Shown here: in pieces, positions 28,241-35,650 of the stretch
Numbering within the stretch: the first letter of the stretch is position 1
Layout: each line of letters starts with the position of its first letter
Source: Acidobacteriota bacterium
Lineage (GTDB): Bacteria > Acidobacteriota > Terriglobia > Bryobacterales > UBA6623
DNA length: 64,000 nucleotides
Assembly: GCA_016125275.1 (NCBI GenBank)
Contig: WGMB01000002.1
Coordinates: 150,490-214,489 of the forward strand
Direction: 5' to 3'
Made by a program: the position numbers and the translations under genes
The notes under the pieces: model-generated
The model's database searches: none
What the model was told of the DNA's origin: nothing
Seen by the model: the letters and a program-made list of their open reading frames with translations, nothing else

Positions 28241-29568
28241 TTTTTGGCGAATTTTTCAGCCAAACGCCCCCGCCGCGCCTCTTCGAAGAACCCCGGGCCG
28301 CCCCTCTGGCCGCCCTTGAACACGATCTCCAGCCCGTCGGCCGGACCCTCCGCCCAGGCCCTGCACAAGGGCGATCCGGGCGCCAGCGGGGCAATCGCCG
28401 TCAGCGCGTAGATCCCCAGCGACTGGCCCACGCTCGACGACGTGTCGCCGCCGCAAACCACCGCCCGGCGCACGCCGGAAACGTCCAAAACCTGGCGCAA
28501 AACCGCCCCTAATCCGGCGCCCAATCGCTCGCGCAGCGCCGCGTCCCCGCGCACGATGCCCGGGTCGTCCGGCCCCAACGCCGTATACAGCACCGCGTTC
28601 CGCCCCGCCTCGAGCGCGGCGGCCGCCTCCCGCACGGCCGGCCCGGTCTCGCCCGCCGCCGTGGCCCGCGGGTCCAGCCGAACCCCTGCGTAGCCGCCCT
28701 CCAGCGCCGTCCGGATCGACGCCGCCGTCTCCGGCGAGCCGCTGCCCGAGACTACCACGATCCTTTCCGCCTCCGCGCCCGTCCGCTGGTCGCGCGTATC
28801 CAGTCCCAGCCAGCCCCTCGAACGCCAGTAGGCCGTCAGCGCGTACTGCAAGCCCGAAGAGGCCACCGCGAACGTCCGCTCCGCCGGCCGCTTCTCCCAA
28901 ATCAGCCGGCCCACCTCCAGCAGGCTCGCCTCGTCGAGCGCGTCGAACAAGACCGCCCGGGCCCCGGCCGCGACCTCCGCCGCCAGCCGGGCCTCGCCCC
29001 GCCCTGCCTTGAGCGCCAGAATGTCCACCAAGCCCACCGGCCGGTCGGTCTGCCGCGCCAGGTGCCGCCGCAGGTCGGCTTCATCCATCGGCGTCACCGG
29101 ATGCCGGCTCATCGTCGGATGCCGGTCCAGCCGGTGCGCCTCCTCGCCCACGGTCGCGAACAGGTTGCCGAACACCTGGTAGCGGTTCAGCTTCGGCGCC
29201 CCCACCACGATCGGAACCCAAGGCGTCCCCAGCAGATCCTGCCCGATCTCCAGCGCCCGCCCGATCGACCCCGCTTGCGGCGAGCTGTCGAACGTGGAGC
29301 AAACCTTGTAGTGGCACAGCGGCGCGCCCAGCTCCGCCAGCCGCCCCAGCAGGCCCGGCAAGTGCGCGTCCATCCACTCCGGGCCGCGCCCGCGGCTCTC
29401 GCCCGCCAACCCCACCGCCCGCGCGCCGGGGAAGCGCGCCAGCCTCGCCGCGTCCGGCGGCTCCACGAACAGCACCGTCTCCAGGCCGGCCCACGTCAGG
29501 ACCTCCATCACGTCCGTCGAGCCCGTGAAGTCGTCCCCGTAGAAGGTCAGCGCCAGCGGCGGAATCAC
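28237..29568 (-). CDS. DUF1537 four-carbon acid-sugar kinase family protein (OtnK/OiaK-like)
   Basis: ORF 28237..30600 is a frame artefact upstream of GTG 29568 (GTGA overlap with the RLP stop). VIPPLALTFYGDDFTGSTDVMEVL...HYKVCSTFDSSP...PTMSRHPVTPMDEADLRRHL is the DUF1537 N-domain signature. Confidence 0.85.
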   Translation of the reverse strand: MIPPLALTFYGDDFTGSTDVMEVLTWAGLETVLFVEPPDAARLARFPGARAVGLAGESRGRGPEWMDAHLPGLLGRLAELGAPLCHYKVCSTFDSSPQAGSIGRALEIGQDLLGTPWVPIVVGAPKLNRYQVFGNLFATVGEEAHRLDRHPTMSRHPVTPMDEADLRRHLARQTDRPVGLVDILALKAGRGEARLAAEVAAGARAVLFDALDEASLLEVGRLIWEKRPAERTFAVASSGLQYALTAYWRSRGWLGLDTRDQRTGAEAERIVVVSGSGSPETAASIRTALEGGYAGVRLDPRATAAGETGPAVREAAAALEAGRNAVLYTALGPDDPGIVRGDAALRERLGAGLGAVLRQVLDVSGVRRAVVCGGDTSSSVGQSLGIYALTAIAPLAPGSPLCRAWAEGPADGLEIVFKGGQRGGPGFFEEARRGRLAEKFAKK

Positions 29569-30827
29569 GGCCCGAACGTCTCCAGGGCCTGCCGAAACTC
29601 CGCGTGCTCGGCCGCCACGTCCTCGGCCGTACGGCCCGCCAGCGCGCCTTCCCAGGCTTGGCGGATGCTGGCCACGCCCGCCTCCGGCCCGCCCGGGTGC
29701 GCCACGATGCCGCCGCCGGCCGCGTGGATCAAGTCCGCCGAACCCAGCCGCGCATGGGTGTCGAACGCCTGCCCCGCCCACTGCCCCGACGAGAACACCG
29801 GCATCGCCTCGCAGCCGCGCCCCGCGCCCGCGAACAGCGGCGTCAGGCACTCCCGCGCCGAAGCCAGCACCGACTCGTCGGCCTCGCAGAACTTGTTGCG
29901 CAGCCCGTTCACGTGCAGGTGGTCCGCGCCGGCCAGCCGCCACAGCTTCTGCCAGGCCACATAGCTCACGCCGATCGCCGGCGACCGTGAATACAGGCCC
30001 CAGCCGTTGCGGTGCGCGTGGATGGGGAGTTGGCTGTGCCGCCGCAAGGCCGTCAGCCCGGGCAGCCCCACCGAATGCAGGCTCGCCATTACGCAGCTCC
30101 CGCCGGCTTGCAGCACGCGGTCGTGCCGCCGCAGCATCTCGTCCATCTCGCCCGTCAGGTTGAAGGCGAACATCACCTTCTTGCCGCTGCGCTCGGCATG
30201 GGCGTTGATCACCCGCATCACGGCGTCCACGCGCTCGTCGAACGGGCAGTGCGGCCCGTCGGCCTGTAGCTCGTCGTCCTTGATGAAGTCGACGCCCGCC
30301 GCCGCCAGCCGGTCGACCGCCGCCGCCGTCTGCTCCGGCGAAAGCCCCACGCTCGGCTTGATGATGGTGCCCACCAGCGGCAACCGCGCAACGCCAGCCA
30401 GCCGCCGCGTGCCCTCCACGCCGAACCGCGGCCCCGGATAGGCGTCGCGAAAGGCCTCCGGCAACCGCAGGTCCAGCAGCCGCAGCCCGGAAAACTGCTT
30501 CAGCTCGAACAGGTTGCCCGCCACCGTCGCCAGCAGGTTGGGCAGCGACGGCCCCATGTTGTCCAGCGGCCACGAGATCTCCGCCTCCGCCCGACGCCAC
30601 TCCGCAGCGGCCTTCGGCGCGCCCGCCCCCGGCAGCGAAGGCTCTCCCACGGCGTCGAGCTCCGTCAGCCGCTCGATCCGCGCCCCCGAACGCTCCTTCA
30701 GCTCCGGCGTCTCCCCCGGAACCTTCACAAAGGTCCCCGAGGACTGCTCCCCCGCCAGCGCCTCCACGGCCTGCAGCAGGGGGTAGGCCGTCTCGACCCA
30801 GTACGTGGCGTAGACTCGTTCGCCCAT
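29565..30827 (-). CDS. RuBisCO large-subunit-like protein (form IV, RLP)
   Basis: ORF 29565..31247 trimmed to ATG 30827 (MGERVYATYWVE). Motifs EQSSGTF, VAGNLFELK, GTIIKPSVGL, FIKDDELQ, IHAHRNG, AAGGGIVAHPGG. Confidence 0.9.
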   Translation of the reverse strand: MGERVYATYWVETAYPLLQAVEALAGEQSSGTFVKVPGETPELKERSGARIERLTELDAVGEPSLPGAGAPKAAAEWRRAEAEISWPLDNMGPSLPNLLATVAGNLFELKQFSGLRLLDLRLPEAFRDAYPGPRFGVEGTRRLAGVARLPLVGTIIKPSVGLSPEQTAAAVDRLAAAGVDFIKDDELQADGPHCPFDERVDAVMRVINAHAERSGKKVMFAFNLTGEMDEMLRRHDRVLQAGGSCVMASLHSVGLPGLTALRRHSQLPIHAHRNGWGLYSRSPAIGVSYVAWQKLWRLAGADHLHVNGLRNKFCEADESVLASARECLTPLFAGAGRGCEAMPVFSSGQWAGQAFDTHARLGSADLIHAAGGGIVAHPGGPEAGVASIRQAWEGALAGRTAEDVAAEHAEFRQALETFGP

Positions 30828-30832
30828 CGCCC

Positions 30833-31672
30833 CTACTTCTTGACTTCGGTGATGTCTCGAATGCTGCTGTCGATCGCTTCCTTCTCGAAGACCTTCTTCC
30901 AGTCCGGCTGGAACAGCACCGCCTGGGCCTTCTCGATCGCCTTCAGCGCCCCGTCGGAAAAGCGCGCTCCTTCGAACATCTGGAAGTAGATGCCGATCTC
31001 CACCTTCAGGTGCCCCAACACGAAGTCCTCGGCGGCCTTGCGCGGCACGCCCCGCCGCACGGCTTCTTCGGTGGCCTCGCGGATCATCCCCACGCACGAG
31101 GCGGCGATCGTCTCCGAAAGCACCGGCTCCAGAATCGCCATCTGGTCCACCGTCACCCGGTGGGCGTCCATCACCGGCGCGAAGATCGCCCGCGCGATCG
31201 CCTCGCCGTCGGCGTAAGCCGACTCCGGCCCCTGCATCAGGGCGCACACGATGTGCTGCTTGGCGTGCACGCCGCCGAAGAAGTCGAACTGCGCCTCCGG
31301 CGTCGTCTCATCGCCCACCACCGGCGGATGGCAGGGGTGCGTCACGAAGTACGACAGGTCGTCGCGCTCGGGCAGCTCTCCGGCGTACGGAGCCGCGGCG
31401 TCCAGACACACCACCAGGGTCCCGGCGGCCAAATCGCCCTGAATCTGCCGCGCCACCTGCCCGATGCGATTGTCCGGCACCGCCAGGATCACGGCCTCGG
31501 CGCCCGGCAGAGCGTCCTCGAGCGATACGGCCTCGAAGCCCTCGGCCGCCAGCGCCTCGCGCCCGCGTTCGCTGATCTCCACGTGCCGGACAACGTAGTC
31601 GGTCGGACGGAGGTTCCGGGCCAACCGCAGGCCCATCTTGCCTCCGGCGCCCAGCAAAACAATCGTCTTCAT
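30833..31672 (-). CDS. NAD(P)-binding Rossmann dehydrogenase (prephenate/6-phosphogluconate-dehydrogenase-like; possible D-apionate-oxidoisomerase-type enzyme)
   Basis: 279 aa, MKTIVLLGAGGKMGLRLARNL (GxGxxG). Stop lies 5 nt before the RLP start. The specific assignment is inference from context only. Confidence 0.7.
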   Translation of the reverse strand: MKTIVLLGAGGKMGLRLARNLRPTDYVVRHVEISERGREALAAEGFEAVSLEDALPGAEAVILAVPDNRIGQVARQIQGDLAAGTLVVCLDAAAPYAGELPERDDLSYFVTHPCHPPVVGDETTPEAQFDFFGGVHAKQHIVCALMQGPESAYADGEAIARAIFAPVMDAHRVTVDQMAILEPVLSETIAASCVGMIREATEEAVRRGVPRKAAEDFVLGHLKVEIGIYFQMFEGARFSDGALKAIEKAQAVLFQPDWKKVFEKEAIDSSIRDITEVKK

Positions 31673-31722
31673 GGCGTCTATCTACCCCAACAGCAACAGA
31701 GCCCCGGGCGTGAGCCCGGCCC

Positions 31723-33036
31723 CTACCAGCCCTCTTCCTCGCCCAGCTTCACCAAGGCCTTCTCCAGCCCGGCCAGCGTCTCCTCCGCCTCGGTCGCCGT
31801 ATGGACCACCGAGGTGTACATGCGCCCGTCAGCCAGCAGATACTGCCCCTCGTCGAGCGCCAACTGCAGAAACCGCCGCAGCCGCCGCGGATCGTCGTGC
31901 AACGTGTCGCGGTACTCGGTCAGCGCGCCTTCTTGGCTGGTGAAGTGCAGCGCGAAGGCGCAGCCGAAGCCCGTCGCCCGCAGCGGCGCGCCCAGCCGTT
32001 GCGCCATCGCGTTCACGCCGTCGCGAATGCCCAGCGCCAGCTTGTTCGCGTCCGCCAGCGGCTTGCCGCCCTCCGCCGCCAGCACCGCCAAGGTCGCCTT
32101 GGCCGCCATCATCGACATCGGGTTGCCGTTGAAGGTCCCGCCGAACGCCGCCTTGCCTTCCTCCAGCAGCCGGAAGATCTCCGCCTTGCCCGTCAGCGCG
32201 CTCAGCGTCGGACCGCCGGCGATCGCCTTGCCGAAGCTCGCCATGTCCGGCGTCACCCCGTACTGCGTCTGCGCCCCGCCGATGTGCATCCGGAAGCCCG
32301 TGATGATCTCGTCGAAGATCAGCAGCGCCCCGCGCCGCGTGCACAGCTCGCGCAGCGCCGCCAAGTAGCCCTCGCCCGGCGCCAGACAGCCGCTGTTGCA
32401 CAGGTACGGCTCCAGGATCACCGCCGCGATCTGGCCCTCGTGGGCGTCGAAGGTCGCCTCCACGGCCTCGATCGAGTTCCACCGCGCCACCACCAGGTTG
32501 TCCGCCGCGTTCGGCGTCTGGCCGCCCGAGCCCGGCGAGGGCTTGCCCGTCAGCACCTGCTCGGCCGTCGGCTTGTAGCTCCACAGCACCGAATCCATCC
32601 AGCCGTGGTAGTGGCCCTCGAACTTCAAAATCAGCGGACGCCCCGTCGCCGCCCGCGCCAGCCGCAGCGCCAACTGCACCGCCTCGCTGCCGCTGCAGGT
32701 GTAGGCCACCCGCTCGGCGCAGGGAACCAGCGACTGAATCGTCTCGGCGACCTCGTACTCCAGGTCGTGCTGCGCGCCGTAGTTGTGCGGACGCACCGCC
32801 GCCTCGCTCATCGCCTCCACCAGCGCCGGATGCCGATGGCCCAGAATCAGCGGCCCCCAGGCCAGCGCATAGTCGATGTAGCGGTTGCCGTCCACGTCCA
32901 GCAGACGCGGCCCTTCGGCGTCCTGAAAGTAGAGCGGCACGGGCGCCTTCGCCCGAAACGGGCTGCTCACGCCGCCCGGAAGAGAGTGACGAGCCCGCTC
33001 CAGTCGCTCGCGGGACCCTTGGTATCGATCCGACAT
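31723..33036 (-). CDS. Class-III (HemL-like) PLP aminotransferase/aminomutase family protein
   Basis: 437 aa, ARHSLPGGVSSPFRA...DVDGNRYIDYALAWGPLILGHRHPALVEAM...DMASFGKAIAGG (PLP lysine). Close to, but divergent from, glutamate-1-semialdehyde aminomutase motifs. Confidence 0.85.
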   Translation of the reverse strand: MSDRYQGSRERLERARHSLPGGVSSPFRAKAPVPLYFQDAEGPRLLDVDGNRYIDYALAWGPLILGHRHPALVEAMSEAAVRPHNYGAQHDLEYEVAETIQSLVPCAERVAYTCSGSEAVQLALRLARAATGRPLILKFEGHYHGWMDSVLWSYKPTAEQVLTGKPSPGSGGQTPNAADNLVVARWNSIEAVEATFDAHEGQIAAVILEPYLCNSGCLAPGEGYLAALRELCTRRGALLIFDEIITGFRMHIGGAQTQYGVTPDMASFGKAIAGGPTLSALTGKAEIFRLLEEGKAAFGGTFNGNPMSMMAAKATLAVLAAEGGKPLADANKLALGIRDGVNAMAQRLGAPLRATGFGCAFALHFTSQEGALTEYRDTLHDDPRRLRRFLQLALDEGQYLLADGRMYTSVVHTATEAEETLAGLEKALVKLGEEEGW

Positions 33037-33133
33037 TTCTTCGTTCTAACTCCAGCCCGAGACTCCCGTCCCGGGCTCTGTTTCGCTCACGCCAACGCTG
33101 ACGGCGCCCCAAGCGTCAGCCCGGGGCCCGCCG

Positions 33134-33952
33134 TCAAAACCACAACCGCCGCGCCGTCGCTCCCAACACCTGCTCGCGCGCCGCGGCGCTCAACGGCAGG
33201 TCCTTCTGAAAGATCCGCAGATGCTCCGCGTAGCTGACCTTCGGTGTCCACAGCTCGCACGGAAAGTCGCTGCCCCACACGCACCGCTCCGGCCCGTAGG
33301 CGTCGATCACCTTCAGAATCGGCTCGTGCATGTCCGCGCAGGGATAACCCGTGGCGCTGCCGGTCGGCACGCAGGTCACCTTGGCGTGCAGGTTGGGTCG
33401 GTTCGACAGGAACAGCACAGCATCGAGGATGGGCTGCAGCTCCGGTCCGACCTTCAGGTTCAAGCAATGGTCCAGCACCACCGGCAATGCGCGGAAGTCC
33501 CGCAGCAGCCGGTCGATCTCCCCGGTCTTCTCGCGCGTCGTGAGCACGTTGATCACCAGGCCCATGTCGAGCGCCGTCCGCCACAGCGCACGGACGCCGG
33601 GGTGATCCAAACGCCCGTCAGCCGCCGGAATCGAGCGCATGCCCTTGATGCCGTAGTCGCGCGCCAACCCGGCCAGCAGCAAAGGGCTGTCGGGATTGTC
33701 CGGGCTCAGCGTCACCACGCCGGCCGTCCAGTCCGGGTTGGCCTTGGCGCTGTCGGCGATGTAGCGGTTGTCGAAGCGGTAGAACGTGCTCACCTGGATC
33801 AGGCAGCAGGCCGCCACGCCGGCCGCCTGGGCGTCCTTGCGCAGGTCTTCCAGCGAGCCCTTGCCGCCCGGCGGCCGCAGCGGCTTGTCGATCACCGGAT
33901 AGCGCCGCTCGTCGGGAGAGTAGATGTGCGCGTGCGTATCGACGATGTCCAT
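33134..33952 (-). CDS. Amidohydrolase_2 family metal-dependent hydrolase (lactonase/decarboxylase type)
   Basis: ATG 33952 gives MDIVDTHAHIY (HxH metal motif). Also VVLDHCLNL and CVWGSDFP, typical of PF04909-type enzymes. Confidence 0.8.
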   Translation of the reverse strand: MDIVDTHAHIYSPDERRYPVIDKPLRPPGGKGSLEDLRKDAQAAGVAACCLIQVSTFYRFDNRYIADSAKANPDWTAGVVTLSPDNPDSPLLLAGLARDYGIKGMRSIPAADGRLDHPGVRALWRTALDMGLVINVLTTREKTGEIDRLLRDFRALPVVLDHCLNLKVGPELQPILDAVLFLSNRPNLHAKVTCVPTGSATGYPCADMHEPILKVIDAYGPERCVWGSDFPCELWTPKVSYAEHLRIFQKDLPLSAAAREQVLGATARRLWF

Positions 33953-34043
33953 GGCTGCGCCCTTTGCGGGAGGACAGCACGCCATCATCCCACAGCCGGC
34001 CCGCGCGCGTCAGATCCGCCGCGCCAACGGCAGCCCCGGCGGG

Positions 34044-34063
34044 GCCGGACCTGCCTGTCCGGC
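34044..34063 (-). terminator. Hairpin just downstream of the DUF1501 stop; possible weak terminator or operon boundary
   Basis: GCCGGAC-(6 nt)-GTCCGGC, 3 nt after the stop at 34067. No U-tract. Confidence 0.25.
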
Positions 34064-34066
34064 TCT

Positions 34067-35530
34067 TCAAGCCAGGATGGCGTTCACCAGCTCCCCATGC
34101 ACGTCGGTGAGCCGGAAGTTGCGGCCCTGGAACTTGTAGGTCAACTGCCGATGGTCGATGCCCAGGCAGTGCAGCAGCGTCGCGTGCAGGTCGTGTACGT
34201 TCAGCGGGTCCTTCACCACGTTGTAGGAGTACTCGTCGGTCTCTCCGTACACCAGCCCCGGCTTGAGCCCGCCGCCGGCCGCCCACATCGTAAAGCAGCG
34301 CGGGTGATGGTCGCGCCCGTAGGTCTCGGCCGTCAGCGTGCCCTGGCAGTACACCGTGCGGCCGAACTCCCCGCCCCACACCACCAGCGTGTCGTCCAGC
34401 AGCCCGCGCCGCTCCAGGTCCAGCACCAGCGCCGCCGACGCCTGGTCGGTGTCCTGGCACTGCTCCGGCAAGCGCTTCGGCACGCCCGCGTGGGTGTCCC
34501 AGCCGCGATGGAACAGTTGGATGAAGCGCACGCCGCGCTCGCTCAGCCGCCGCGCCAGCAGGCAGTTGGCGGCATAGGTGCCCGGCTTGCGGGAGTCCTC
34601 GCCGTAGAGCTGGAAGGTCTCCTCCGGCTCGCTCGAAAAGTCCGTCAGCTCCGGCACCGACGACTGCATCCGGTAGGCCATCTCGTACTGCGCGATGCGA
34701 GTCTCGATCTCCGGGTCGGCCATCTCCTCGTAACGCATCCGGTTGAGCTCGGAGAGGTCGTCCAGAAAGCCCCGCCGGTCGTCCTGGTCAAAGCCCTCCG
34801 GGTTGTTCAGGTACAGCACCGGGTCCTTGCCCGAGCGGAACTTCACCCCGGCGTAGCGCGTCGGCAGAAAGCCCGAGCCCCACAGCCGGCTGTAGAGCGG
34901 CTGGCCCTTGGTCTTGCCGTACGAGGTCATCACCACGAAGGCCGGCAGGTTGTGGTTCTCGCTGCCCAGCCCGTAGGCCAGCCACGACCCCATGCTGGGC
35001 CGCCCGGCCAACTGGTGGCCGGTCTGCAGGAAGGTGATGGCCGGGTCATGGTTGATCGGCTCGGTGTGCATCGAGCGCAGCACGGCGATCTTGTCGACGA
35101 TCTTGGCCGTATGCGGCAACAGCTCGCTCACCCAAGCCCCGGACTGCCCGTGCTGCTGAAACTTAAAGTGCGAAGCGGCCACCGGAAAGCGCGTCTGCGC
35201 CGCCGTCATGCCGGTGAGCCGCTGCCCGCCGCGGATCGAGTCCGGCAAGTCCTGGTTCTGATACTTCTCGAGCAGCGGCTTGTAGTCGAACAGATCCATC
35301 TGCGCCGGCCCGCCGGACTGGAACAGGTAGATCACCCGCTTGGCCTTGGGCGCGTGATGCGGCAACCCGGGCAAGCCGCCGTTCTCGGTCGAATCCAGCG
35401 TCGGCGCGGCGGACAAGTCCCGCCCCAACAGCGAAGCCAGCGCCGCGGTCCCCAAACCAAACGCCGAGCGGCCAAAGAACCGCCGCCGCGTCAACTTCAA
35501 GGCCTGCTCAGGGGAGCTCAGTAAATCCAT
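34067..35530 (-). CDS. DUF1501 domain protein (sulfatase-fold, Tat signal)
   Basis: ATG 35530 gives [36 protein letters not shown]. Also [27 protein letters not shown] and [17 protein letters not shown]. Confidence 0.9.
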   Translation of the reverse strand: MDLLSSPEQALKLTRRRFFGRSAFGLGTAALASLLGRDLSAAPTLDSTENGGLPGLPHHAPKAKRVIYLFQSGGPAQMDLFDYKPLLEKYQNQDLPDSIRGGQRLTGMTAAQTRFPVAASHFKFQQHGQSGAWVSELLPHTAKIVDKIAVLRSMHTEPINHDPAITFLQTGHQLAGRPSMGSWLAYGLGSENHNLPAFVVMTSYGKTKGQPLYSRLWGSGFLPTRYAGVKFRSGKDPVLYLNNPEGFDQDDRRGFLDDLSELNRMRYEEMADPEIETRIAQYEMAYRMQSSVPELTDFSSEPEETFQLYGEDSRKPGTYAANCLLARRLSERGVRFIQLFHRGWDTHAGVPKRLPEQCQDTDQASAALVLDLERRGLLDDTLVVWGGEFGRTVYCQGTLTAETYGRDHHPRCFTMWAAGGGLKPGLVYGETDEYSYNVVKDPLNVHDLHATLLHCLGIDHRQLTYKFQGRNFRLTDVHGELVNAILA

Positions 35531-35570
35531 CGCCAATTTGCCTCGGAAGAGCGTAAACCGTGATCCGTCC

Positions 35571-35650
35571 CACTGCTCACTGCTCACTGCTCACTGCTCA
35601 CTGCTCACTGCTCACTGCTCACTGCTCACTGCTCACTGCTCACTGCTCAC
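35571..35650. repeat. Heptanucleotide tandem repeat (CACTGCT) x 11.4
   Basis: Perfect 7-bp periodicity from 35571 to 35650. On the transcribed (minus) strand it reads (GTGAGCA)n and starts within the TGA stop of the DUF1553 gene. It ends 40 nt before the DUF1501 start. Confidence 0.95.

Noticed and set aside
28237-30600. 787-aa ORF that would fuse a ~340-aa N-terminal extension to the DUF1537 kinase.
   Set aside because: The extension is low-complexity (GGGR-rich) and lies out of frame over the RLP gene. The kinase homology begins at VIPPLALTFYGDDFTGS, directly after GTG 29568, which overlaps the RLP stop.
31723-33036. Calling this gene hemL (glutamate-1-semialdehyde 2,1-aminomutase).
   Set aside because: The family membership is clear. 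However, the signature residues deviate and the genomic context is sugar-acid catabolism, not tetrapyrrole synthesis, so the gene symbol is withheld.
35571-35650. Whether the tandem arrays at 28179, 35571, 54672 and 54747 could be CRISPR arrays.
   Set aside because: The units are 7-16 bp and directly abut each other with no unique spacers. No cas genes are present.
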